In this document: positions 26,779 through 40,727 of the stretch, one piece after another
Position numbering within the stretch: the first letter of the stretch is position 1
Layout of the letters: every line of letters starts with the position of its first letter
Assembly (NCBI RefSeq): GCF_018977255.1
Contig: NW_024704743.1
Coordinates: 61,444,001 to 61,508,000 of the forward strand
Direction of reading: 5' to 3'
Length of the DNA stretch: 64,000 nucleotides
Source: Callorhinchus milii
Taxonomy: Eukaryota
The notes under the pieces: model-generated
What the model saw: only the letters and a program-made list of their open reading frames with translations
Told to the model about the DNA's origin: nothing
The model's database searches: none
Made by a program: the position numbers and the translations under genes

Positions 26779-28349
26779 AACTCCACAAGTACATTGAGAA
26801 CTGAGCCCACATCCTGTAATTCCAACCAAACCAAAAGCCAGGAGCCCAGAGAGGAGTGTTAACTAGCTTTCTAATTATCCCAAACTATTAGCAGAGCAAA
26901 TGAATACATCTGTAGAATATCATTCTTCATGTCAGCCGCAAGCAAACCCAATCAGTCGAGAACATTGTGGTTGCAAGGGTTTTCTTTTACAAAGGGTTTT
27001 GAAGGTGATGCTGGCGGTTGTATTGCAGACTGACTAAGATTTGCTGTTACGGGGTGAAGGTGGGGGAAGTGGATGAAAGCATTAACATAGTGAAATTCAA
27101 TCGCACTTGGGAGTGAGTATTGATTGTTCATTCAGTTTGCAGTCAATATGAAGCTGTTGTCAACTAAGTCAACTTGCTAATTCTGATGGCACCCTTATAT
27201 GGAACTCTCAGTCTGGTTTGGATTCTGCATGTGTCAGTCATCTGGCTGTCCAAACAAAAGCTAATTTATTATTTATCAGGAAACAATATATAAAATCATG
27301 AGAGCAAAGATAATGTAGATATAGTAATTGAGACTGAATAACTTATCTTGGCCAACAATCCTCCAGATCAAATGGTCATTCACCTCATAGCCATGTGTGA
27401 GATCTTGCTGCTGCAAGACTGCCATATGTAGCCACAAAAAAGTCACAACACTTGAAGGGGGTTTATATGAAAAGAGCTTTGAAGCATTCTGATGTAACAA
27501 GGTGCTAATAAAATTAATATTCTTTCTTGCTCTCTTAGAGGGAATTAGACTTAAATTAAGAGGTCCCTAACCAGATTAGAGAATAGAAGAATAACCCCAC
27601 CACCATCCAAATAGAGTTGTGAATATGTGGAATGGACTCCAACAAAATCGGCTAGTGCTATATTAACTCAAGTAAAAAATAATTGGATAAATAAATGCTT
27701 TAGAGTTAGGGGTCGTTGAAAACCAAGATAAATACTGTAAATAATACAAAGGAGATTCTGCCCTACTATAGCCTGGAGGAGAGGGGAGGTGAATAATGTT
27801 GTCTGAATAGAGAGAGAGGAAGGCCAAAGTTCATTAGTGGAGAAGTAATGATGGGTGTATATTGTGGATTGCCTTGTGACTATTTGGACATCGTGGAAAA
27901 TTAGAACTTTCTCCTGGAAGACTGAGTGGGTGGGATGAAATCCTTTATAGCACATGATCTGTGGGAAGAATGGGATCAATGGGCCATATAGCTTTCAATG
28001 CTTTACCTACATAGTAGGATTAGATGACTGAATTCCCAATGGATATTGGCAGTTTTCCTTGACAACTATTTTTGAGGTACCTGCACATTATTATTCTTTT
28101 TGGATTTTCTGATGCTATTGCAGACAATAATTTCTGTAAGGACTACTTATTCTAAGGACATTCCAATTAGACATACAGTAGAGGTGGATGCAAAGGAAAG
28201 ATTTGAGTTAATAAATCATTTTAATACAGTGCAAAAAGAATGTAGAGTAGCCCATTGTGGCTTCTCTAGCTTTTGTTGCTAGCATAATGCACATCAGCCT
28301 CTGCACCTTCCAGAGCTCCTTCATTTCCACTTTCTCAGCTCCTAATTAT

Positions 28350-28660
28350 ACAACAACCACAACAAAATTACATTTGTATAGAGCCTTTCACATCGGGAGG
28401 ATGTCCCAAGATGCTGGACAGTCAGTGTTTCGGACCCAAGCTGGGTGACGTGATCAGGGAGGGTGAAGGGCAGGGGAGGAAGGAAAGTGACCGAAGGCAC
28501 GGTCGAATAGGAGGGTCTTGAAATGGGTCTTGAAGAAGGCAAGGGAGGGGGCTAGGCAGAGGGACTGTGGGATGGAGTTTCAGAGGGTGGGGATAGAGTG
28601 GCAGAAGGCCCCCCCAAGGGTGGGCAAGTGAAGCAGGGGATGTGGTGCATGCCGGAGTCC
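28350..28660 (-). mobile_element. L2 3' fragment
   Basis: caacaaaattacatttgtatagagcctttcac tail followed by the UTR and ORF end. Confidence 0.8.
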
Positions 28661-29109
28661 GCTGTCATATTAAATGAAATGCCATTGTTACTTCAGTCAA
28701 CATGGTCTAACAAATCATTTTGATGAAAATGATAAGGAACCTCTCCTGTATATCTGGAGACTGTGCAGAATGAAGTGTTAAACAAATCTATAACTGACGC
28801 CATTCTCTCCTTTAGAAACAAGGAAGAAGTCCTTGGATGAGCCATTTTGAAGGTGTATTAAAAATCCAATTCTAGTGCTTTGCAACCTTGTGTCCAATTT
28901 TAATATTGTAGGTCACTTCCAGAAATGTTAAGTATTCATGAAGTTTAGATCGTTCCTTTTTTCTGGAGGAACTGGAGACAATTTTCATTGCTAATACCAA
29001 CTCCTGATTTCAGTCAGAGTGGACTGCACACTGCAGAATGTCTCTACTTTCTCAAAGTGTGACACTCCACTTTGTAATGAACAGCATTATCCACAGTTAG
29101 TTCCTCCTT

Positions 29110-29340
29110 CAATACAATTACATTTATATAACATCTTTCATTTTGGGAGGATGTCGTAAAATGCTTCTCGCTGCTGGCTGGGCACCTGAGCTGAGGGTGG
29201 GAGACCAAGGAGGTGGGGAGGGCAAAGATGCCCTGAAACATAGTCAAAGATGTACATCCTGAGATGATCCTGGAATGAGGGAGAGAGGGAAAGAAGGAGG
29301 GAGGGAGGGTGGGATGGAGAGAGAGAGTTCCAGAGAGCTC
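29110..29340 (-). mobile_element. Degraded L2 3' fragment
   Basis: tttacatttatat...gggaggatgtc...gagttccagag. Confidence 0.6.
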
Positions 29341-31922
29341 AGCTCTAGTTAAGAGGCTGGCTTGAATGTCTAGTTTCAATGAAACCCAGCACATCTACCT
29401 CAATGGTGATGGTGTAAAGCCATCATTCAACCTGCAGCCTAGTTATTTATTTCACAGTGGCCGGAGTCACAGTCAGGATGCTGATGGCGATCACAACACC
29501 CACACACCCATATCACAAAGTGAGACAGCTCCTTTTCCATTTAAACAGGTGAAGGTCCTATTAATTGGAGAGGCCTGTCTGTACCATGTGCAAGGCTGCA
29601 GGACTGATGTTTAATAACAAGTTCTGGTCTGAGTACCAGATGTGTTCCGCTGCTTGTTGCTGTTGCAGTGACTAAATGATGCATTCAGATGTGAATTATC
29701 AGGTGTTCTCCTGTGTGATAGAGATGCTGATGTCCTGTAAACAGCTGTTCCTGGGTGACCCACAGTTCAAATATACCACAATTATACTGCAGTAGGTGTG
29801 AAGTGATCTGCTCCTGAAATCACCTTCTGAGGTGGTACCAGGAACAGGGTTCCTACGCATTTCTCATTGATTAATTTGTCTTTTATTAATCTTCTTACTA
29901 GATAGTAGTTGCTGGGGGTAGGGAGCATGTTGCATGTCCCACATAGGTATTAGTTTCATAAGAGTCAATTTTGACGTTTTTCCTAGATCAATGCATCCAT
30001 ATCAGGGATGCAGTGCAAAACTAAGGACTGAGCTGCGGCTTGGTGGTGGATGCAGATTTGACAATAACTTTCAAAAGGGAATTAGATAGGTACTTAAAAT
30101 TGAAAAATTTGCAGGGCAAAAATACACAATCACTGCATTGTACAGTATATCCTGTGACATGCTTTGAAGCAACCTCCAACATGACAGGTGCTATGCCAAA
30201 GGTAAAGATTATTGTTTACTGTAAAGTGTAGCTCGTCATTGTGCATTTTATAGGTGAATGCAGCAGCCAAAGTTTCACAAAACTACACAGTCAATTCACT
30301 TTACAGTATAGTCTGTGAAACACTTTGTGATGTCTCAAAGACATGATAAGGCGCTATATCAAATGCAAGGATTATTATTATTAAATTGCATGCAGTAACA
30401 TCGCACAAACACACATGAAGTGAATTTCCAATTTTATTTGGGGGATTGTTGGCTGGTTTGGCAACCAGGCAGGAAAAAAATGTACTTTCAATACAGTAAA
30501 AGAAGCAATAAAGACCGGGAAAGTGTTTAAACATGGAAAAATGTATCCACTCTTAAGGCTAACAGAATGCTCTTATGCATTTGATATAAGTAAGACAAGA
30601 GGGATAGAGAAGACGTGAATAGATGCAAGAGAAAGTGGAACAAATTGTACAAATTTTTTGGGGTCAACCAGGTGTCTTTCAACCAAAATACTCATTTTGT
30701 ATCAAATGAAATTGACTGCTGAACTCCTTATGAAAAATGAGTTTTTCATTTCCTCTTGCAAGGTTGTCTATTTATGTTATTTCAATCACCCCCAATAGAC
30801 TTAAAGTTGAAACTACATTAATCCTTGGGATATCATAAAAGATTTGTAATTTGTACACCAGCATTATAATATAAATACAGTATCATTTATGTATCCAAAA
30901 CGTCTTTGGCAATAAACCAAGCAGCTCCTCCACTTTGATTAAATAGAAGAGCAAGTACACACAGACAACACACAAAAATCATCCAACACAATCGTACGTT
31001 ATGCTGACCTGCAATTATTCCGGCAACAAATTAATTTTAAAGAGCAAAGTGCTCCAATGTACATTCAGGTGAAATGAGTGAAGCACGGCAAGTTTACAGG
31101 CAAGCACATTCTGGTTTCTATTAATGTTATTTTCTTTCTACTGCAAACTTCCCAGAGTTAATCCCAGATAAACTGATTGTGACGACGATGGTAACTTTTG
31201 TCATGTTATCCATAAATGGTTGGCCTACAAAATAAAATTATTATACTTCACTATAATTTTAGTGAAGTTCTTTCTGACATGAAATAATAATGATTGCATT
31301 TATTATAGCACCTTTCACATTGGGAAGGGTTCTCATTGCACTTCACACAATATAATAATAATAATTCTTACATTTGGTACAACACCTTTCAAGTCGGAGA
31401 ATGTCCCAAAGCACTTCACAAGATACACCGTAAAGTATGGTGACTGTATTTTGTGGGCAAACACAAGTACCCAATTTGTGACCAATCTTTAACATCCACT
31501 TGAATAGGCAGATGGGATCTCAATTTAACATTTCATCTAAAGGACGGCACTTCCATGTACCTCATTGGAATATCATCTGAGACTATGTGAATTGAAAATC
31601 CTACATGGAGCTTCAATGTACTCACTATGCATTAAGTGTGGCTCACAAGTACTGACTGATGTTAACCAGGAATCTGAAAGCAGTCATCACTCTGATAGGT
31701 GTTTCATTAGTAATGGAGTCAGCAATCTGGGCTATTTGGTATTCCTGTTCACAAAACACAAAGGCACTTTAGATTCAAGTATCAATCCAGAGAAGTCATT
31801 AGCATAACACTACTAAGAAAATATGAACCCATGATAATATGAAGACATAAAAATGTCATTCCTATGTATTTCAATGATTCTTCAATACCTGTTGAATACA
31901 CATACATATCTAGATATCTAGG

Positions 31923-32250
31923 TGTGGAGTTCTGTAGCGCAATGGTTAGTTAGAGCACTCGCCTTGCAAGCGAGACACCTGGGTTCAAGGCAGGGCGAAA
32001 CCATGGGCAAGTTTTCTTACTCTATACGCCTAATAATAATCCCTCCAAAACAATAATAAATTGGTCATTTTCAATCCACGACTGTTTGTGGGACACCGCT
32101 GTGCGCAATTGGCTGCCGCATTTCGCCCACAAATATATAGTCAATTCACTTTACAGCATATTCTGTGAAGCGCTTTGAGACGTCTAGAAGACGTGAAAAA
32201 CGCTATATCAAATGCAAGGATTATTATGTTATATTATTATTATATTATTA
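31923..32250 (+). mobile_element. SINE, short variant
   Basis: gtggagttctgtagcgcaatgg head; tail loop TAGAA. Confidence 0.92.
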
Positions 32251-32254
32251 CTCC

Positions 32255-32570
32255 TCTGGTGGGGAATCCAGAACAAGGGGGCAAAAAATCTTAAAATTAG
32301 AGCTAGGTCATTTAGGAGTGAAATCAGGAGTTAGTTTTTCCACTCAAAGGCCAATGGAAATCTGTAACTCTCTCCCCCAAAAGACTGTGGATGCTGGATC
32401 CATTCACATTTTAAAGACTGAGGTGGATAGATATTTGTTAGGTCAGGGTATCAAGGGATATGGAGCAGCTGGGGTAATTGGTCTTGAGGTATAGATCAGC
32501 CATGGTTTTATATAATGGCTGAATGGAGAGGCTGAATGGCCTAGCCCTGTTTCTATGTTACTATGTCCAT
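32255..32570 (+). mobile_element. CR1 3' end
   Basis: GGESRTRG and ggaaatctgtaactctctcccccaaaag; tail ctatgttactatg. Confidence 0.75.
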
Positions 32571-32614
32571 GTACTTTAGCCTCCAATTGTGATCAGGTTG
32601 ATGGAGCCAGTTAT

Positions 32615-33170
32615 AACATCAACAAGATTACATTTGTATAGCGCCTTTCAATTTGGGAAGATGTCCCAAGGCGCTGGACAGTGTACAGCATTTCAGACTC
32701 GAGCTGGGGTCAGGGGGGGAGAAGGGAGGGAAGGGAAGGGTTGACCAATGGCATGGTCGAAGAGGAGGGTCTTGAGGCGGGTCTTGAAGGAAGCTAAGGA
32801 GGGGGCGAAGCGGAGTGACTGGGGGATGGAATTCCAGAGGTTGGGGGCAGACTGGCTGAAAGCTCTCCCGCCAATGGTTGGGTGGGTGGGACGGGGGACG
32901 TGGAGCAGGCCGGAGCCGGCTGAGCGAAGGGAGCAGGCGGGTTTGTAGGAGCTCGCAGAAGTAGGGTGGGGCGAGGCCTTGGAGGACTTTGTATGTGAGG
33001 ACCAGGATTTTGAACTGGATCCTCTGAAGGATAGGGAGCCAATGGAGTCGGGCGAGAGTGGGGGAGATGGGGTCACGGAGTTTGGTGCGGGAGAGGACAC
33101 GGGCTGCAGAGTTCTGGATTATCTGCAGCCTGTGGAGGGAGGAGTTGGGAAGGCCGACAAGCAGGGCATT
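32615..33170 (-). mobile_element. L2 3' fragment
   Basis: [36 protein letters not shown]...FKTRLKTLLF on the minus strand, plus tail. Confidence 0.92.
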
Positions 33171-33211
33171 TGCATAGAGGAAATTAATGGAGGAAACTAA
33201 GCTGGAAATTA

Positions 33212-33520
33212 AGTGGAGTCCTGTAGCTCAGTGGTTAGAGCACTCGCTTTGCAAGCGAGAGACCTGAGTTCAATTCCAGGCAGGGCGAAACCTTACTCCA
33301 CACACCTAATAATAATCCCTCCAAAAACCAAAAACAATAATAAAAATTGGTCACTCTCAATCTACGACTGTTTGTGGGACATTGCTGCGCGCCATTGGCT
33401 GCCGTGTTCGCCCACAAATGTACAGTCAATTCACTTTACAGTGTGTTCTGTGAAGCACTTTGGGACGTCCTCCCGACGTGAAAAGCGCTATATCAAATGC
33501 AAGGATTATTATTATTATTA
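33212..33520 (+). mobile_element. Young SINE, short variant
   Basis: Full head with anticodon-like TGC; possible ATTAAG duplication at 33208-33213 and 33517-33522. Confidence 0.95.
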
Positions 33521-34310
33521 AGCTGCATGGCTGCTGCAGTACAACATGTGCAATTAAAACTAGAATTAACACAAAGGAAACTCAATTACCTTGCAAAATA
33601 TTATTAAAACATTCTCGCTTGCAAGAATATATTTATATTTACAATGTTAATAAAAGAACATTAGCTATTCATCAATTCAAAAATGTAACTAACAATCAGC
33701 TGGCAGTTATACAGAAACAGATTATCAGATCATAATCAACTCATTGTGTCTATGTCATTCCTCCCCGTTTTTCTAAATTACTTTTTCTATAAATCCCACC
33801 TCTCTGTTCTTTCTCCATAGCCCTTAATGTTTTTACTTCTCAGATGCTGATTCAGAGATTTTCAGCACAGAAGGAGGTCTAATTGCCTTCTCAATAGTCA
33901 CCGTCAATTCACTAATATCAGTATATAAATGAAAAGCACAGCAAAACGTTTGTAATGCTTGATGCTAGTATCCTATTTACAGTTGCTATGGATATATCTC
34001 GCCTTTTCATCAGGCATTTGCTGTTCATAATAGAGAATACCCCTAATATTGGTGTACCTTTTGAATTATTGTATCGATCCAGCCTTAATAGTGACTTATA
34101 AATTCAATACTAAAACCAATAGGTGCAGAAATTCCTTTTAATCTCACCCCCAATTCTTCTTTAAAAATTAAAAATCGTTTTCTGTTAAGAGCACTAAATC
34201 TGGGTGGAAATCTGAATGCCCAGTGTTCCATGTCGTTCCATTTAAAAGCAATGTGGAGTTTAACAAAATAAGTGGGGCAGCTCTACTGCAACAGTACCAG
34301 CTTGGCTGAG

Positions 34311-34590
34311 TGTCAGCTTGGCTCAGCTGGTAGAACTCTCATCTCTCAGTAAAAAGGTGATGGGTTCAACCCCCACGTGAGGAATTTGAGCTCATAGGCT
34401 AGGCTGATACTCCACTGCAATGCTGAATGAGCACTCATGGCTGTTTGTAGGACATTGCTGTGTGCAAATCGGTTGCCATATTTCGCCTACAAAATGCACA
34501 CTCTTTACCGACTTTACAGTAAATCCCGTGAAGCACTTTAAGACATCATACTGTTGTGAAAAGCACTACATCAAATGCAAGAATTGTCTT
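34311..34590 (+). mobile_element. Older Deu-type SINE with internal deletion
   Basis: gtcagcttggctcagctggtag head joined directly to catggctgtttgtaggac. Confidence 0.7.
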
Positions 34591-34994
34591 TCTTAATAAC
34601 TACACTATTGGTGTCAGTAAGTTAGGAATGTATCCCCTACCTCAAAGTGCCAATGTAAGGAGGTATTTTCTTTCCCTCACAACATTAGAAAGTCAGCTTT
34701 TGTTCCAGCCACAGTCAGTGGTAGTACAATTGCCTAATTTGACAGAAAACATGTCAGGGGATATTCCCCAATAATAGTAATAAATCACTCAGAAAGAGGC
34801 AACATTTGTGGCCTGAGACAGGTAGCTGAGGATGTAATCCAAATACAGATAATTTGAAAGAGTTGCACAAAGCCATCTAAAACTCTGTATATTTGATGCA
34901 GGTAGGACATCACAATAGTATAGTCACTTTCAACCACTCTCAATAGCAAATCAGGCTGACATCTTGGGCAGCTCCAGCATATCTTATAAGAAGC

Positions 34995-35425
34995 AATAAT
35001 AATCCTTCCATTTCATAAAGCATGTGTCACATCACAGTATCTGCCAAAGCACTTCACAGGATACACTGTAAAATTTAGTAACTGTGTATTTTTGAAGGCG
35101 AACACAGCAGCCAATTTGCACACAGCAATGTTCCACAAGCAGCCATGAAGTGAAGCACCAATTTTATTTGGGGGGGGGGGGGGAATCGTTTATCAGGACA
35201 ACGGGAGAAATAGAAACTTCCTTCTCTTTTCAAATAATGATAAGGGATTTTTAACATCCACCTGACGGGGCAGATCAGAATCTCCCTTTATGTTTAACTT
35301 CCAAAAGACAATCCCAGCACTGTATTGGAGTGTCAACCTAGACTCCAAGTTCAAAGTCCCGATGTGAGGCTCGAACCCACAATTGATTCAGAGACGAGAT
35401 TACTAGCAATTGAGCCAAGCTGATA
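34995..35425 (-). mobile_element. Older Deu-type SINE
   Basis: Same blocks as the other old copies. Confidence 0.7.
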
Positions 35426-37589
35426 CTAACAGATCAAGTCAAATCATTATCTCAAATCTGAGAACTCATAATCTTCAATTACACAGAATGTTTTAATAAC
35501 TAATTATGAGTCTTCATTCCTAGAATGAGTCTGTCTTTTTTGTTTTGGTCAGTCAGGTGTCACATGCAGCATATTTATGGGGGAGTGCTGCATTATTGGA
35601 CGTTCTGCCCTTTGGATAAGATATTAAATTGAGGCTCCGTCTGCTTGTTCAGATGGAAGTTAAAGATCCTTTGGCAAGATTCAAAAAGAGAAGGGAGTTT
35701 CTTCCAGTGTCCTGGTTAACACTCCCCCAAATAATAAAATAAAATGTTCATTCACTTCAAAGCTGTTTGTCGAATATTGCACTGTGGAAATTGTCTGCTG
35801 TGGTCGCCTACAAAAATGCTCCCAATGAGAAAGGGGCTATACAAAACTAAATCGTATTGCATGTACTCCACAATGTGATGATCAGTCGCTTGATGAAGTC
35901 TAATGCCATCAGGTAAAACATCTAATGAATCTCAATCTTGCCTCTTTCATCTGTTATAAATTTGAGTCTATATCTATGCAGTCATTCCTCCCCCCACCTC
36001 CCCCCGCCCCATTGATACAATAAGTAGCATTTGCTCTGTTCAGTGTAATATAGATGTTTTGTGTTGCCAGTATTCCGGGGGGGTGGGGAGTTGTGGTACA
36101 TGATCACTAAATCACACTGTACTGCTAGGGCAATCTCAGTGGAGTACTGCTACATCACAGCTGTACTGCGAAAATGAAGAAGCACTCATTTTTTTAATAA
36201 ATATTCGACAAACATCATGGGCAAACTTTCCGGAAACTAAACAGTCTCTAAGGTTTCAAAACTGATATGGGTAAGGGTGCTTGAGGGCATTGGGATCTCC
36301 ATAATGAGCATGTGCAAAATATAACTGCCTAACACAATGACACAGATATGGAAATAAAGACAGCACAATATCATTCACTGGAAAATGGAGTAATGTACAG
36401 GACTCATCAGTAGTGTATTCTGAACATACCTGGATATGTTTCATACTAATCCACTGGAACTTCGCTGAGACACTAATCTCTAGTCGGGCCTCGTGACCCT
36501 CTCTGTGTTGCAATCTGACTTTATGGAAGCTGGAAATGAGATTGACGTGGAACAGAGTTCCAGTGTGTTAGCTTGAGCTACCTCTCATCATTAGCTGTGA
36601 ATCCTTTTATGAAACCTGCAAATTACCCCCAATGCCTGAAGGGCAAAGAAAGCCTCAGGCTGAATGTTGGAATGGAGTTATGATAAGCCCACTGGCAATG
36701 CCCCAGCCTTATGTAAGTAGCTCCATTTTCCATAGAGATCAGAAAGGTGCCTAGTCATGGACTGTAGGGTCAACAAAAATCAGAGCAAATACGTCACAGG
36801 GAAATAAGTACAGCAAGCATAATATATCAACTTGAGTTGGTGCTAAAAAAAAATGTTGTGTCAATATACAAACTGCAAAGCATGTAAAAAGAAAGCTACA
36901 CAGCAAATTAACAAGCTGTGCAGCCTGGTGGGGGTGATTATCTGACCAATGTGAACTTTGGCTCAGATGGCATTAGCATACTTAGCTCTGCGATGAAATG
37001 TCAACATCCCAAGCTTTGCAGATAAGAAGTGTGGTGTTGCACCATACGGATTCTGTTTCCCAGAGGAATTGAAATTTGCACATTTATTTCCCATTGGCAG
37101 TGATTGATGAGATATACTGGTACACAATCTGTTTTATTCCCACATGCAATTAGTGCTTTCGTTGTTGTTTTCATGCTTTCTATTCTTTACAAAATGTAAA
37201 TAGATTTAAAAAGTCTTCAGACAGTTCTATTAATTTGATCAGAGGTTAAGTTCACCTTTTTGCACAGATTATAACAAGGTACTCCTCTATAGGTTTGATG
37301 CACTGACCAAGAGGTGTTCTTGAACAGTGTATTGAAACCACTATCCAGTCCTTACTACTTTGAAAACCTTTTGGTTACACAGTGATTCCACCAGACAGGA
37401 GGGCAGAGCAGCTGGGACCACAGACTGCTCCATTAGACATCAGAGGCAGTGAATATTCATTCCTCTCAACCAGGTCAAAGTAAAATATATAGCATCATAA
37501 ACATTTATGACACAAAAGGAAACAACAACAAAATTACATTTATAGAGCGCCTTTCAGGTCGGGAGGATGTCCCAAGAAACTATTCTGCC

Positions 37590-37700
37590 CAAAAACAGAG
37601 GTTGCTGGGAACACTCAGCAGGTCAGGCAGTATCTGTGGAGAAAGGAAAGTGAGTCAATGTTTCGGGTCCAATATCCTTTGTCAGAACTGGGGCATGTTG
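37590..37700 (-). mobile_element. Penelope-like element terminal fragment with degenerate hammerhead core
   Basis: The minus strand reads CTGACaA-AGG-atattgga-CCC-GAAAC-att followed by ctgcctgacctgctgagtgttcccagca, the repeat pattern I recall from shark Penelope termini. Confidence 0.6.
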
Positions 37701-38943
37701 GGAGGGAGAGGCTTTTAAGGGCTAACAGAGAGGGGGGAGGAAGATGCTGGAAATCTGAAACAAAGCCCATCAAGTATTCTGCCCATCAAGTCCGCACCAG
37801 CTCTCAGAGCAAGGTGTACATTCTGTACTGTACTGCCTTATCCTGATATCCCTTCAAGTCTCTATCCTTCATATACCTATGGACTTCCCTCTTGAAACCC
37901 ACATAGGACTCTGCTCTATGATCTTGGTATTTCTCATCCCGACAACTCTCTTGAGTGAAAAAGATTCACCCAGACACTCCTGTCACACTTCTTGTGACTA
38001 TCTTATTTCTATGGCCCTAATCATTCACTATCCTACTCGTGGAAATAGCTTCTCCCTATTTACACTGTCAGAAGTTGTCTTACCAGATATTCAAATATTG
38101 TTTTAAAACAATCGAGAACCCTATCTTGATATTTGCTTTGTCCTAATTCCTTTGTACATCTGGGTGGTGGATGGGGGAGAACCTAGCAAACCCTCATTAG
38201 AATGCATCACTTATTTGACCCCCTAACCCTTCCTCCCCTATAAGCACATACCATTTGTATGGCTGTCAAAGGCTGTGCTTTAGAGAAGTTTGAAATCTTG
38301 GTTCCCTTGTTAGGTACAGTACTTCAATAAATGGCATTAACATTTGTCTCGTTGTATTCAGAATAAATTGAAGGCAATGAGCACAGGAAGCTCCACTTCT
38401 GTTCTCTTCATGATTTGATATTTTATTGCTATCAGAGTGCCCATTTAAAGCTGTTTCATGTTACCAGCTTCCTTTTTTTGTAACTAAATATCCTATTGAT
38501 GGATTACATAGTGAATAATGGATTAAGCTGGGAGTAAGCATTAGGAATCGTATCAGATGGCATTATGTACAGCAAGAACAAAGCTGAAATGACTGTCTGG
38601 AAAACACATTTTCCTCTATCTTGCTTGTTATATTATTGTTAGTCAGGACACTTGTGAGTAACCATATGTGTGTAACCATATGTGATGATGACTGCACTCA
38701 GATTAACAATTGGACCAAACCGATGCACAGTTTCAAAATATTGTCATCAGTGGATTGAAAGAGTTGGTATAAAACAGTAAATAAATCGATGGAGATTAAA
38801 AATGACCAAAACAATCAAAGGTAAGGCTTGTCCAGGACAGGACACAAGTTCAGGGTTGTGAATGGCAATTTTGGATTGAAAAATATGACCACTTTTTTTT
38901 TACTTACACAGAGGGTAACCAGCTTCTTTGATCTCATTGTCTC

Positions 38944-39270
38944 GGCTGACATTCTGACAGTGCTAGGGCAGAGCCACATTGTCCTTCAGATTAGATGTTA
39001 CCCTGAGGTCCCGCCTGCCTGTCCAGGTGGACATTAAAGATCTTGTGGCACTATTCAAAAATAGAAGGGAGTTTCTCCCGGTGACCTGATCAAGAATCCC
39101 CCAAATAAAATTGGTGATTCAGTCTTGGCTGTTTGTGGGACAATGTTGTGCACAAATTAGCTGTTGCGTTCCCCCCTAGAAAATACACACAGTTACATCA
39201 CTTTACAGTAGATCCCGTGAAGCGCTTTGAACAAAATATGATGCTATACCAAATGCATGGGTTATTATTT
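38944..39270 (+). mobile_element. Older Deu-type SINE, 5'-degraded
   Basis: caggtggacattaaagatc...ggctgtttgtgggacaatg. Confidence 0.7.
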
Positions 39271-40362
39271 TCTAAAGAACAAGTCCAACTTCTTTAGAAT
39301 TTAAATTCATGATACACACTATACACTATATATATATACACACACATACTATACCTGCTCCTAATTCCTATATTCCTATATATATATAAAAATAAATGTC
39401 AGTGTCTCAGTTGTTAGGTGTTAGTTAAATATCAATGCCTTCTGGAGCTCAGGATTGGAATCATAAAATAAAAATTCACGCCACCTAGCTGGATGACACA
39501 AAGATTAATTTTATGATTGATTAATTTTAATGTTGGTTTGAATTTTATTCATTTATTAGATTGTCTGCAATGAATCAAGCATGCCATCACTTAAACATGT
39601 CTTCAAGTGTGCCTGTGTCTCTTTTACCAATTCTCTCTAAAACATATCAAGTAGCAACTAGTATCTTTCCAATTTGAAAGAAATGTGCACAAGAGACTTG
39701 CTGCATATGAGGGTCTTGTTTGCTGGAAGATTAAGCATTACTGTAGACCAGAGAATGATTGAAGTGGGAAAGAATACAGTGAACCTTTCCTTTAATAAAG
39801 GTGCAGGAACCTTGGTTACATAAGCTCCAGAAGCTTTCATTCCATTAACATCTTATAGGTGGTGTTTTCTAAAGCTATTTGTGCAGTAAATTGCACTATT
39901 TGCTCTTATCTAAAGTATGTTTACTGCATATGTTTAGTGGAGGGAGAGTGAACAAAATAGGTTAAGGGATGGTAATCCATTTAGATAGCCTCATTTTGTT
40001 CATTAACAGCTCTCCCAATTGCTCACACTTAAACAGGTGGCATCTTAAATGGGAATATTTTAGCAATCCAGTATATGAGTCAGCGCTGTAATTGCACTAA
40101 AACGCATTACTAGATAGGGATAATATAAAATCCACGAGAGGAAAGGTAATGCAAAACTTTCATGCAAATCAGAATCTTTATTCTGACTTCTGATGATTCA
40201 GGTCCTTCAGCTCTTTAAGACATGGCAGCGTGTGCTTAGATAAAATGTCAAACAGACCACTTCGCTGGACTATTCTGTTTGCACAATCCAGTTTCCCAGT
40301 CTTCAGAACTCCCTCATCTACTTAGCAAGGCTATCCAGTGTGGTGCTGTCATATTCGAATAA

Positions 40363-40690
40363 AATAATAATAATCCTTGCATTTGATATAGCACTTCATC
40401 GCATCTTCGAGACGTCTCAAAGTGCTTCACAGAATAAATTGTAAAGTGAATTGACTGAACATTTTGTGGGCGAAAAGCAGCAGCCAATTGAGCACAGCAG
40501 TGTCCCACAAACAACTGTTGACTGAGTGACTAAATTATTATTTAGGGATTATTACCTCCGGAAAAGCAATTCACCAATCGACTAACAACTGGGTTCCGAC
40601 TTACTGCTAGATAAACAGGCGTGTGGAGTAAGGAAACTTGCCCAACGTTTCACCCTGCCCAGAACCCAGGTCTTTTCGCTTGTGAGACGT
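40363..40690 (-). mobile_element. SINE, long variant
   Basis: Contains ttactgctagataaacaggcgtgtggagtaagg. Confidence 0.9.
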
Positions 40691-40727
40691 GAATATTTAA
40701 GCAATCTAGTTTATGTGGCACAGTCTA

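Noticed and set aside
36395..36415. Minus-strand CTGATGAGTCC hammerhead start (also CTGATGA near 38745 and 50394)
   Set aside because: No closing stem II with GAAA and cleavage triplet in a valid arrangement.
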